Of a DNA stretch of 64,000 nucleotides, positions 28,813 through 38,112 are shown one piece after another. The translations under genes and the position numbers were made by a program. Source of the DNA: an uncultured virus (IMG/VR IMGVR_UViG_646564563_000001) (Duplodnaviria > Heunggongvirae > Uroviricota > Caudoviricetes). The notes beneath the pieces were generated by a model that was not told where the DNA came from, did no database searches, and was given only the letters and a program-made list of their open reading frames with translations. How positions within the stretch are numbered: the first letter of the stretch is position 1; every line of letters begins with the position of its first letter. The DNA is taken from IMG/VR virus record IMGVR_UViG_646564563_000001. The stretch is one strand, 5' to 3'.

Positions 28813-29334
28813 TTATGCGTCAAAACCCGGGAAAGTGTCGCGCCCGAAGTTCGACGGATCGGGCCGGTTGTCCTCGGTGTCCGCGCCGCTTTCGCGCGGG
28901 GTTGTGCGGGTGGTTGCGGTGAGGGGTTTTGCGCCCTTGCCTTTGCCCTTTGATTTGTCGAGCTTTTCCAGCTTCTTCGAGATGGTCAGAAGAGCGGCCA
29001 CCCAGCGGCGCCAGGCGGTAGACCGCACCACCCCGGCGCGAATGCAGACCTGCCGCCAGCGGGCACCCTCGGCCCGAAGCCAGACGATCCGCGCATCCTC
29101 GGGGTTCAGCATGAGGAGCCAGTCGAAGCATTCCTCCATCCGGCTGATGGCGGCGGCGCTGGGGATCACCCGCATCGGCCGCTCGGGCGTGTAGCCGTAG
29201 GCATGCTTGGCGTCATGCACCACCGGCGGCCACGAATTGCCATAGCCGCGGGGGCGGTCCTTCTCGGGCAGGTTCCTCAGGGTGTAGGCGGCTTCCTCGA
29301 GGCGATCCTCGATCTCGCGGGGCGTCAGGCGCAA
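28813..29334 (-). CDS. DUF6362-like HTH protein, probable late-gene regulator
   Basis: AAISRMEE...W, IVWLRAEG.RW..VC...G..RSTAWRRW; TTG start with AAGGAG RBS. Confidence 0.75.
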   Translation of the reverse strand: MRLTPREIEDRLEEAAYTLRNLPEKDRPRGYGNSWPPVVHDAKHAYGYTPERPMRVIPSAAAISRMEECFDWLLMLNPEDARIVWLRAEGARWRQVCIRAGVVRSTAWRRWVAALLTISKKLEKLDKSKGKGKGAKPLTATTRTTPRESGADTEDNRPDPSNFGRDTFPGFDA

Positions 29335-29363
29335 TGGGGGGCTCCTTCGGGGCAGGGGGCGGA

Positions 29364-30329
29364 TCAGTAGATTTGATGGGCGCGCAGGGTGGCCTCACTC
29401 ACAAGGCCCGCCCGCAGCAGGGCATCGCGCTGGATGTTCGTGACGGCGCTGGTCGGCACGTAGGCGCCTGAGTTCAGCCAGGCGGCCAAGCGCGCCAACC
29501 GGTCCTCGGGGGTCGCGGTCTGGCTGCCGGGCGCAACGGCCGGGCCAGCGCCAGCTTCCCCAGCCCCTTGCAACCTTGCCGCCTGGGAAATCCGCTTGGC
29601 ATGGCGCGCCGCGATCGCCTGGCTGAAATACTCCCACGTTCGGATCGGGCTGCTCCGGGCTTTTGCGGTGCGGTCTGCGATCACTGGCAGGACGTCCAGT
29701 TCGAGGTCGTAGCCTGCCGCCAGCCAGGCGCCGATCGTCGCCGTCGTTCCGGTGATGGCTGCCCGCGCTGCTGGGGTCATGCCTTCGCCGCAAGCGGCAA
29801 GGCAGGCGGCCTCGGCTGCGTCCAGATCGGGGCCTTCGTCGGCGGCGTCAACCTCAACCCGGGCCTCGCGCGTCGCGCCCGCGTCACGCGCGGTAGTAAT
29901 TACTGGTTCTTTACTTACAAGGTTAGTGTCCAGATTCTGGACATGGCTTTTCGCAAAATCTGGACATGGCTTTTGCCCATTTCCATGTCTGGATTCTGGA
30001 CATGGGTCAGGCCGGTTTTCGGGGCCCAGCGGCAGTTCCGCCTGCGCCGAAAACTCCGGCTCGAAGGCCAGGAAGTACCGGGTTGATTGCCGCCGGTGGG
30101 CGCCCTCGGAGTGGCGCCGTTCGCGGCGGATGAGCCCGGCCTGTTCCAGCTTGTCGAGATGCACGTTCAGGCTGGAACGCGAGATTTCGGCATCGGCCGC
30201 CAACTGGTCCTGCGACGGGAAGCACCCGTAATCCGGGTTGTGCCGGTCGCAGAGATGCCAGAGGACGAGCTTGGTCGCAGGCGCCAGCCCGCGCTGCTGG
30301 ATCGCCCAGTTGGTGGCTCGATGGCTCAT
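29364..30329 (-). CDS. Replication initiator (HTH_36, lambda O-like)
   Basis: KLVLWHLCDRHN..GCFPSQDQLA..AEISRSS; internal iterons. Confidence 0.8.
   Translation of the reverse strand: MSHRATNWAIQQRGLAPATKLVLWHLCDRHNPDYGCFPSQDQLAADAEISRSSLNVHLDKLEQAGLIRRERRHSEGAHRRQSTRYFLAFEPEFSAQAELPLGPENRPDPCPESRHGNGQKPCPDFAKSHVQNLDTNLVSKEPVITTARDAGATREARVEVDAADEGPDLDAAEAACLAACGEGMTPAARAAITGTTATIGAWLAAGYDLELDVLPVIADRTAKARSSPIRTWEYFSQAIAARHAKRISQAARLQGAGEAGAGPAVAPGSQTATPEDRLARLAAWLNSGAYVPTSAVTNIQRDALLRAGLVSEATLRAHQIY
29894..30005. repeat. Putative replication origin: three TCTGGACATGG iterons plus AT-rich tract
   Basis: Copies at 29936, 29959, 29995; palindrome TGTCCAGA-T-TCTGGACA at 29927-29943. Confidence 0.7.
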
Positions 30330-30520
30330 AGTGCGGCCGTCACCGTGAGGCGCTTGACGATCGCCTCCATCAGCGCGATCCGCCGGTGCGCGTCGTCCTG
30401 GCGCATCTTTCCGGCCCGAACCCGCGCCCAGTAGAACTGGCGCCGCAGGTCAAGTTCGCGCTGGGCTTCGTTGATCAGGGCGGAGACCGGAAACCGGCCC
30501 TCGGGGGTAACTTTGGTCAT
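30326..30520 (-). CDS. Hypothetical protein
   Basis: MTKVTP..EAQRELDLRRQFY..V..GKM; overlaps the rep start. Confidence 0.65.
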   Translation of the reverse strand: MTKVTPEGRFPVSALINEAQRELDLRRQFYWARVRAGKMRQDDAHRRIALMEAIVKRLTVTAAL

Positions 30521-30533
30521 CGGCGCCCCCATC

Positions 30534-30788
30534 TCAGCGCCGCCCGGCCACGGCCTTGTGCTGGCCAGTCTTGCGGGCTTCCTGATCGCGCAGCCAGTCG
30601 CGGACAGCCTCCTTGCGGTAGAGCACTTTGCGGCCGACACGGACGCAAGGAGGGCCCACGCGCCGGGTTTCCCAGCGCTGCAACGTGTCGACGGACAGGG
30701 CCAGTTGCCGGGCCAGTTCCGCCCTATCAAGCCAGCCATCCAGCAGCGCCGGATCGGCGCCCGTGTCCTTCAAGGGATTGGTATACAT
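30534..30788 (-). CDS. AlpA/excisionase-like HTH protein
   Basis: LDRAELARQLALSVDTLQRW...GPP..RVGRKVLYR...V.DWL; GAGGAG RBS. Confidence 0.85.
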   Translation of the reverse strand: MYTNPLKDTGADPALLDGWLDRAELARQLALSVDTLQRWETRRVGPPCVRVGRKVLYRKEAVRDWLRDQEARKTGQHKAVAGRR

Positions 30789-30861
30789 GGGTTTCTCCTC
30801 GCGCCGCCGCCCCGGGGATCGGGGCCGGTCATCGGCCAGGAGAGGCAAGCACGGGGCAGGG

Positions 30862-30913
30862 ACCGGCGAAGAGGCGGAAAACGGCGGAAAGGAAAAGGGA
30901 ATTACGCCGGTCA
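30862..30913 (-). promoter_or_regulatory. 52-bp operator-like element upstream of alpA (copy A)
   Basis: 45/52 identical to the reverse complement of 31718-31769; internal TTTCCGCC repeats. Confidence 0.7.
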
Positions 30914-31102
30914 CGCTGGATCGTAGTTCAACCGGCGAAACAGGCCCTCCAACCGGCTTGATTGGCGACAGGTTTATGACAATCTGAAGGGGAGCAGTTC
31001 ACAACAGATTCGCCGAAACGTCGCCGCGCCCGGAAGGGCGAGGTGCACGGCCCCTGTGCGTTCAGGGGCTGGAGAAAGGAGGGCGGTAACGGGGGGCAGG
31101 TA

Positions 31103-31693
31103 ATGGCGTTTGTCGCCCGGAATTTCTATTCAATTCTCGAGACCTCCTTCCGCTGGGAGTGCAGCCAGACCGAGATCGTCGAACTGGCGATGGCCGAGAA
31201 GATCGACCTCGTCATCGCGCTGCCGAATGTCCGGTTCGACGATGGCACCGAAGCGAGGATGGGCGTGATCGAGGGCGGTGCTGTGCGCCCCTTGTTCCGC
31301 GGCTATGGACTACTCGAGGAGCATGTCTTCATCCGCCAGGCGCGACCTGCGAACTGCGGCTGGAAGCGGATCGAAGAGCCTAAGGGGGGCATCCGCGTCA
31401 TGGCGCCCGACGTGCTGATCACAGCGGCCGAGGTCGAACGGTTCGAAGACGAAAACAACCTTGTGCGGAGGGTCGTGTCGGGGCCCGGGGCACAATCCCG
31501 CTATGACTGGGATGGGTTCTATTGCGAGATCATCTGCCGGATGCATAACAACGGCCTCCCAGAGAAGCAGAAGGAACTCATCGAGGAGATGTTCAATTGG
31601 TTCCTCGGCAAGTCAGTCAATGGGGACGCGCCTGACGAGTCGACAATCCGCAAGAAGATCAGAGGTTTCTGGGGCAGGCTCTGCCCCGATTAG
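31103..31693 (+). CDS. Putative DNA-binding regulator with C-terminal wHTH-like domain
   Basis: RYDWDGFY...LPEKQKELI..M..WF...PDESTIRKKI; lies between the two operator copies. Confidence 0.65.
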   Translation: MAFVARNFYSILETSFRWECSQTEIVELAMAEKIDLVIALPNVRFDDGTEARMGVIEGGAVRPLFRGYGLLEEHVFIRQARPANCGWKRIEEPKGGIRVMAPDVLITAAEVERFEDENNLVRRVVSGPGAQSRYDWDGFYCEIICRMHNNGLPEKQKELIEEMFNWFLGKSVNGDAPDESTIRKKIRGFWGRLCPD

Positions 31694-31717
31694 TCTCTCG
31701 CCCGCCCAGCGCGGTTC

Positions 31718-31769
31718 TGACCGGCGCAATTCCCCGGACCTTTCCGCCGGTTTCCGCCTCTGCGCCGGT
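31718..31769 (+). promoter_or_regulatory. 52-bp operator-like element upstream of int (copy B)
   Basis: Inverted counterpart of 30862-30913. Confidence 0.7.
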
Positions 31770-31835
31770 TTGGCCCGAATGAGACATTGCTCCGCGCCGC
31801 GGGTCGTCGCTGACTGCGGGTGAAAGGAGCGTCGC

Positions 31836-33065
31836 ATGAAGGCAAAACTCTCTGAACGCGTTGTAAAGGCTGCCGAAGTCGGCAGCCGCAAGTACGTCCT
31901 GTTTGACGAAGACACCCCCGGCTTCGGGCTCTGCGTCTACACGACGGGGCGAAAGGGCTTCGTCCTGATCTATCGGATCGCGGGCCAGCAGAAGCGCTTC
32001 ACGATCGGCGTCTGGCCGACATGGTCGGTCACCGCCGCCCGGGATGAAGCGAAGCGCCTGATCCGTGAAATCGACCGCGGGGAAGACCCTCTCGACACTC
32101 GCAAGGCGGCCCGCGGTGCGCCGACGGTCAAGGAACTGGCCGAGCGGTTCATCGAAGAGCACCTGCCGAAGCTGGCCAAGACCAACGCTTCGGACCAGAA
32201 GAGCATGCTGGAAAAGCTGGTGCTGCCCGAATGGAAGAACCGGAAGGTGGCGGACATCACGCCCACGGACGTCGATCGCCTGCTGACCAAGATCGCGGCC
32301 GGGCGGGCGCGGCCGTCGAAGAAGAAGCCCACGCAGAAGCGCCGCAAAAAGCTGGCCCCGCCCAAGCCCACGCCGGTGCGCGCCAACAGGGCGGGTGAAA
32401 TGCTGCGCAAGATGTTCAACCTCGCCATGCTGTGGAAAATGCGCACCGACAATCCCGCCTTCGGTTTCCGGCGCCGCCCCGAGGTTGCCCGCGACCGGTT
32501 CCTATCTTTCGAGGAGATCGAACGCCTAGCCAACGCGCTGGCAGTCGACGAAGACCAGCGCGCCGCCAGCATCATCCGCCTCTGCATGCTGACCGGCGCC
32601 CGGCTGGGCGAGGTCCGCACCGCCACCTTCGACCAGTTCAACCTCGATCTGGCCATCTGGACCAAGCAGGCCGCTTACACAAAGCAGCGCCGCATCCACC
32701 GCGTGCCGATCTCGCACGAAGCCGTGGCGCTGATCCGCCTGCGCAGGGAAATCGTGCCGAAGGGCTGCCCGTTCCTCTTCCCCGGCGACGTACCCGACCA
32801 GCCCGTTGGCGATCCCAAGCGCTTCTGGCCGAAGATGCAGAAGGTCGCCCTGATCCCCGACGTGCGCATCCACGACCTGCGCCACACCTTCGCCTCGCTG
32901 CTGGTTTCCGGCGGCGCATCGCTGGAAATGATCGGCCGCCTCCTCGGCCACACCCAGATCGGCACCACCCAGCGCTACGCCCACCTGATCGACGCACCCC
33001 TGCGGGCGGGGGTCAACGCAGTGGGTGAGATGCTGAAGCCGCGGTTGAGGGTGGTGGGGGAGTAA
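31836..33065 (+). CDS. int: Tyrosine integrase with N-terminal arm-binding domain
   Basis: TGARLGE, HDLRHTFAS, LLGH, TQRY catalytic motifs. Confidence 0.96.
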   Translation: MKAKLSERVVKAAEVGSRKYVLFDEDTPGFGLCVYTTGRKGFVLIYRIAGQQKRFTIGVWPTWSVTAARDEAKRLIREIDRGEDPLDTRKAARGAPTVKELAERFIEEHLPKLAKTNASDQKSMLEKLVLPEWKNRKVADITPTDVDRLLTKIAAGRARPSKKKPTQKRRKKLAPPKPTPVRANRAGEMLRKMFNLAMLWKMRTDNPAFGFRRRPEVARDRFLSFEEIERLANALAVDEDQRAASIIRLCMLTGARLGEVRTATFDQFNLDLAIWTKQAAYTKQRRIHRVPISHEAVALIRLRREIVPKGCPFLFPGDVPDQPVGDPKRFWPKMQKVALIPDVRIHDLRHTFASLLVSGGASLEMIGRLLGHTQIGTTQRYAHLIDAPLRAGVNAVGEMLKPRLRVVGE

Positions 33066-33262
33066 GGTGCAGCCTGCAAGGTCGGCTGGCGGTAGCGCAG
33101 TCCGAATGGTTGTGGTTCAATGCCTTGCAGGCCGTGCAACCTCTTGTTGCGCGACGATTGTGCTGTAAAGGTTATCTGGCGAGGAATTTGCTCGGGGGTG
33201 CAGTGGGTGGGAGTGGGCAGGATTGATGAGACGTCATGCTCAGCCAAAGTTTTCGGCATAGC

Positions 33263-36200
33263 ATGAAATCGAACGAGTCAAATTTCGGATTTTTGCAATC
33301 CCACGAACCCCAGCTTTACAGGCTGGGGACACTAGCGGAGCGCTATTTTTCTGAAGACCCGAACACATGCAACATTAAGCTGCGACAGTTCTCGGAATTG
33401 GTGGCGCAGTTTACTGCGAGCAGATTGGGTCTTCCGATTGCACAATCGGACAACCTTGCCGACCTGCTTCGGTTACTAAAGATCGAGCGCAGCCTTCCAA
33501 AACAAGTCCTTGAGATACTCCACAGTTTGCGAATCGCCGGTAACCAGGCAGCGCATCAAAATACCGATGACCACTCAAGTGCCTTAAGCGGACTCAAGCT
33601 CGCGCGCCAATTGGCGATCTGGTATTTCAGAACATTTCACAAGCCCTCTGGTATTTTTGGTCCTTTCATTCCGCCAGAAAGGCCCAAGGACGTTTCAGAA
33701 TCGATCGTCTTGGAGCTGGAACGTTTAAAGGCGGAGTTGGAGGCCTCCCTCACTGAAGCCGATCAACTACGGGAAGCGGCAAGGCAGGCCGAAATTGAAA
33801 GGAAAAGCGCTGCAGATCGCGCCGAGCAGGAGCGAGTTGACCGCGAAACTTGGGAGAAGCTTGCGGAGGAAGCGGAGGAAGATCGCAGGGCCCTTTCCTC
33901 ACAGCTACAATCATTGCAAGTTCAGGCTTCCTCCAAGGACGCTCTAACGTTTGAGGCAGTCACCGAACTGGCTCGAGATGCTGCCAGCAAGATCAACCTG
34001 GACGAGGCAGACACACGGGTTCTTATCGATAAGCAATTGCGCGATGCAGGATGGGAGGCGGACACGAAACAACTTCGGTTCGCATCCGGTGCTCGCCCCA
34101 TGAAAGGCCGCAATCGCGCGATCAGTGAATGGCCAGCCGAAAGTGGACCGGCCGACTACGCACTCTTCTGCGGCATGGTCTTGGTGGGAACCGTGGAGGC
34201 AAAGCGGCAGAACAGAAATGTCATGGAGGTCTTGCGGCAGGCAGAACGGTACTCAGCGGGCTTCAAGCTGAATGAAGGTGAACTGGCACAAGGTGCTCCT
34301 TGGGCAGGTTTCAAAGCTCCCTTTGCGTTCTCGACAAACGGACGGCCCTACCTCAAGCAGGTTGAAACCTTGTCGGGCATCTGGCGGCGGGATTTGCGCG
34401 ATGCCAACAACCCTGCCGAAGTGCTTGTCGGATGGCCTTCACCTCGCGGGCTGCTTGAGCGGCTGACTGTGAATAAGTCCGCAGCGCACCATGACCTTGC
34501 ATCGCAGCCCTTCGACTTTGGGTTTCCGCTAAGACCATATCAACACAAGGCGATCGAGGCGGTTGAACAGGCATTGCTTGAGGATCGGCGGGCGATGCTC
34601 GTCGCTATGGCAACCGGAACGGGGAAGACAAAGCTCGCAATCGCTATGCTTTACCGGCTGATCGCCGCCAAGCGGTTCCGCCGCGTCTGCTTCGTTGTGG
34701 ATAGAAGCGCGTTGGGTGAGCAGACCGAGAGCGAGTTCACCACTACCAAAGTGGTCAACGGCAAGTCTTTTGCGGACATTTTTGGCCTCAAGGGGCTTGA
34801 TGACGTGGTCCCCGATGACGAAACCCGCATCCACATCTGCACGATCCAGGGGTTGGTCCGCCGAGTGCTGTATGCCGCTGATGAGGCTGATGCGCCCACA
34901 GTCGACCAGTATGATCTGATCGTGGTGGACGAATGCCATCGCGGGTATCTGCTCGACCGCGAAATGTCTGAGGGCGACATTACGTTTCGCAGCCAGGACG
35001 ACTACATCTCGAAGTACCGCCGAGTCCTCGAGTACTTCGATGCGGTAAAGATTGGCCTGACGGCCACACCAGCGCTACACACCACTGAAATCTTCGGTCT
35101 TCCAGTGTTCACTTATTCCTATCGCGAAGCAGTGGTTGACGGTTACCTTGTTGATCACGAACCGCCGGTGCGCATCGGAACGCTGTTGTCTGAGGGTGGT
35201 ATCCATTTCTCTCGTGACGACCAAGTTGATTTCATCCACCCAACAAGCGGAGCAATTCAACCCGCTACTTTGCCAGACGACATCGACTTCGAGGTTGACC
35301 AGTTCAACAAGAGCGTTATCACCGTCCCTTTCAATCGAGTAATCGCACAAGAGCTCACGAAGTTCATCGATCCAAGCTTGCCAGATAAGACGCTGGTCTT
35401 TGCTGTGTCCGACGCGCACGCGGATATCCTTGTGAACGAGTTGCGGGTCGCATTCCGTTCAGCATTTGGCGCGCTGCCTGATGCAACTGTGCAGAAGATC
35501 ACGGGGAAAGTCGACAAGGTCGGAAAGTTGATCCGATCGTTCCGCAACGATCCACTGCCTAAAGTGGCGGTGACAGTAGACCTCCTGACTACTGGGATCG
35601 ACGTCCCTCGGATCAGCAATCTGGTGTTCATGCGGCGCGTCAACAGCCGTATCCTTTACGAACAAATGCTTGGCCGTGCCACCCGGCTATGTCCAGAAAT
35701 CGACAAGGAGGCTTTTCGCATCTTCGACGCGGTGGACCTCTACGCTCATTTGCAAAACCTTACCGACATGCGGCCGGTGGCTGCGGACCCAAGCTTCACC
35801 CTCACAAAGCTGTTCGAAGAACTCAGCCAACGCGGCGACGTAGAACATAAAGAGCGTGTGCGTGAGCAGATCATCGTTCGCCTCCGACGCAAGCTGCGGC
35901 GCTTGTCGCCAGAGGCACGGGCTCGATTTGAAAAGGCTGCGGGTGAAACTCCGGAAGAAAGCCTGCAGCGTTTTATCTCTGGCGATGCCAGCGCGCTTGC
36001 AGAATGGGCGGCCGAGCGACCTTCTTTGGGCCCGATCCTTGACTGGACCTCGGAGGATGGCACTCCAAACTATATCCCGATCTCTGAACATCCTGATCAG
36101 GTAACGACCGTTTCACGCGGCTATGGTGCAGCAGACCGGCCCGAGGACTTTCTGGATGCTTTCGCCACTTTTGTCAGGTCCAACGTCAATACTATCGCTG

Positions 36201-36643
36201 CCCTGAAGATCGTCGTGCAGCGCCCCCAAGAGCTGACCCGCGAGGAACTGCGGCAATTGCGCCTTGAGCTGGACGCGGCGGGCTTCACCGATAGTAAGAT
36301 CAGACGCGCCTGGGCCGATGCCAACAACGTAGAAATCGCGGCCTCGATCATCGGTTATATCCGCCAAGCGGCGCTGGGTGATCCCCTCGTTCCCTATTCT
36401 GATCGCGTGCGGCATGCCGTGGATACGATCTTGCGCCAGCGGCAATGGACCGATGTGCAGCGAAAGTGGATTGACCGGATCGGGCGGCAGCTTGACCTTG
36501 AGACTATTGTGGATCGTGCGGCCTTCGATGCCGAGCCCTTCGCATCGCTAGGGGGTTGGTCTCGGATTGACCGCGTGTTTAATGGCGAACTGGCGCAAGT
36601 GGTTCGCGACCTTAACGAAAACATCTGGAAAGACGCAGGCTGA
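33263..36643 (+). CDS. hsdR: Type I restriction endonuclease subunit R (EcoKI-like)
   Basis: ADY..VEAK nuclease; ATGTGKT, DECHRGY, LTATP, QMLGRATR helicase motifs. Confidence 0.95.
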   Translation: MKSNESNFGFLQSHEPQLYRLGTLAERYFSEDPNTCNIKLRQFSELVAQFTASRLGLPIAQSDNLADLLRLLKIERSLPKQVLEILHSLRIAGNQAAHQNTDDHSSALSGLKLARQLAIWYFRTFHKPSGIFGPFIPPERPKDVSESIVLELERLKAELEASLTEADQLREAARQAEIERKSAADRAEQERVDRETWEKLAEEAEEDRRALSSQLQSLQVQASSKDALTFEAVTELARDAASKINLDEADTRVLIDKQLRDAGWEADTKQLRFASGARPMKGRNRAISEWPAESGPADYALFCGMVLVGTVEAKRQNRNVMEVLRQAERYSAGFKLNEGELAQGAPWAGFKAPFAFSTNGRPYLKQVETLSGIWRRDLRDANNPAEVLVGWPSPRGLLERLTVNKSAAHHDLASQPFDFGFPLRPYQHKAIEAVEQALLEDRRAMLVAMATGTGKTKLAIAMLYRLIAAKRFRRVCFVVDRSALGEQTESEFTTTKVVNGKSFADIFGLKGLDDVVPDDETRIHICTIQGLVRRVLYAADEADAPTVDQYDLIVVDECHRGYLLDREMSEGDITFRSQDDYISKYRRVLEYFDAVKIGLTATPALHTTEIFGLPVFTYSYREAVVDGYLVDHEPPVRIGTLLSEGGIHFSRDDQVDFIHPTSGAIQPATLPDDIDFEVDQFNKSVITVPFNRVIAQELTKFIDPSLPDKTLVFAVSDAHADILVNELRVAFRSAFGALPDATVQKITGKVDKVGKLIRSFRNDPLPKVAVTVDLLTTGIDVPRISNLVFMRRVNSRILYEQMLGRATRLCPEIDKEAFRIFDAVDLYAHLQNLTDMRPVAADPSFTLTKLFEELSQRGDVEHKERVREQIIVRLRRKLRRLSPEARARFEKAAGETPEESLQRFISGDASALAEWAAERPSLGPILDWTSEDGTPNYIPISEHPDQVTTVSRGYGAADRPEDFLDAFATFVRSNVNTIAALKIVVQRPQELTREELRQLRLELDAAGFTDSKIRRAWADANNVEIAASIIGYIRQAALGDPLVPYSDRVRHAVDTILRQRQWTDVQRKWIDRIGRQLDLETIVDRAAFDAEPFASLGGWSRIDRVFNGELAQVVRDLNENIWKDAG

Positions 36644-38112
36644 TGAACGGAACAAGGGCACGGGAAACCGTTCAGAAGCTTTGGAACGCAAGCAAGAGTT
36701 TGCAGGGCGGCGGCGTAAGCTACTACGAGTACGTCACGGAGCTGACCTACCTGCTGCTGCTGAAGATGCTGGAAGAGGTCAAGCGCAACGGGGTCAAGCT
36801 GGAGGAGCGCCTGCCGCCGAACCTGCGCTGGGGGGAGCTAAAGCGGCTTGAGGGCGAACAGCGCCTGATCCGCTACCGTGCGATGCTGCTGGAGCTGGGC
36901 ACCTCCGACAAGTTTAACTTCCCGCTCGTCAAACAGGTTTTCACTGATGCGAAAACCTCGCTGACCAAGGCCACGGCCCTCACCAGCCTTATAACCACCA
37001 TCGACACGGTCGACTGGTATGCGGCCGAAGAAGATGGCCTGGGTGACCTTTACGAGGGCTTGCTTGAACGCACCACATCTGAGCGCAAGTCCAAGGCGGG
37101 CCAGTATTTCACGCCCCGGCCGCTGATCGAAACCATCATCCATTTGATGAAGCCCAAGGTTGGGGAGGTTATCCAAGACCCCGCGGCGGGCACCGGTGGC
37201 TTTCTAATTGCCGCTCACCGCGCCATCATGCGCGATACAGACGACCTAACGACAGTTCCCAAGGACGTCGCCTTTGCCCAGCGGAACGGAAAGTACCAGG
37301 GCGCGGAACTAATTACAGGCACGCACCGGCTGAATACGATGAACTTGCTTTTGCATGGCATTGACCAGCCGATCGACCCGATTGATGCATTGACGTCGGA
37401 CGCCAAGAAGTTCGATCCCGCCGATCTGATCCTGACCAACCCGCCCTTCAACAAGTTCCCCGAAAGCGTGGCACGCGATGACTTCGTTATCACTGCAGAG
37501 GCCAGAAAGGGCCCGCTTCCCTTTGTCGAACACGTCATCCGGGGGCTGAAGGTTGGCGGGCGAGCCGCGATCGTCGTGCCCGACAACACCCTGTTCGAAG
37601 ACAGCATGGGCCGCGATCTGCGCAATTGGATGATGGACCTGTGCGATCTGCACACCATCCTGCGCCTACCGACCGGCATCTTCTACGCCCAGGGCGTCAA
37701 GACCAACGTGATCTTTCTGACCAAGAAGTCAGAGGAACGGGTCGGGGCGACCAAGGCGGTCTGGTTCTACGATCTGCGCGCACAGATGCCTAACTTCGGC
37801 AAGACCCGCACGCTGACGACCGCTGATTTCGAACCCTTCATTGCCGCCTATGGGGATGATCCCCACGGCAAATCGCCTCGCATCGACGAGGGCGAAGCCG
37901 GACGTTTCCGCAAGTTCACCCGAGACGAGATCTCCAAGCGTAATGACAACCTCGACGTCACTTGGCTGCGCGACGATGTCGAAGTCGTCGAAGAAGGGCT
38001 GACCGAACCTGACGACATCGCATCCGCGATCATAGGGCATCTGCGCGCCGCGCTCGAGGAGATCGAAGCCGTGGCCGACGAACTCGCCGAAGTGGCCGAG
38101 GCTGACGAATGA
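36643..38112 (+). CDS. hsdM: Type I modification methylase subunit M
   Basis: GQYFTPR, DPAAGTGGFL, NPPF, LRLPTGIFYAQGVKTN. Confidence 0.95.
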   Translation: MNGTRARETVQKLWNASKSLQGGGVSYYEYVTELTYLLLLKMLEEVKRNGVKLEERLPPNLRWGELKRLEGEQRLIRYRAMLLELGTSDKFNFPLVKQVFTDAKTSLTKATALTSLITTIDTVDWYAAEEDGLGDLYEGLLERTTSERKSKAGQYFTPRPLIETIIHLMKPKVGEVIQDPAAGTGGFLIAAHRAIMRDTDDLTTVPKDVAFAQRNGKYQGAELITGTHRLNTMNLLLHGIDQPIDPIDALTSDAKKFDPADLILTNPPFNKFPESVARDDFVITAEARKGPLPFVEHVIRGLKVGGRAAIVVPDNTLFEDSMGRDLRNWMMDLCDLHTILRLPTGIFYAQGVKTNVIFLTKKSEERVGATKAVWFYDLRAQMPNFGKTRTLTTADFEPFIAAYGDDPHGKSPRIDEGEAGRFRKFTRDEISKRNDNLDVTWLRDDVEVVEEGLTEPDDIASAIIGHLRAALEEIEAVADELAEVAEADE

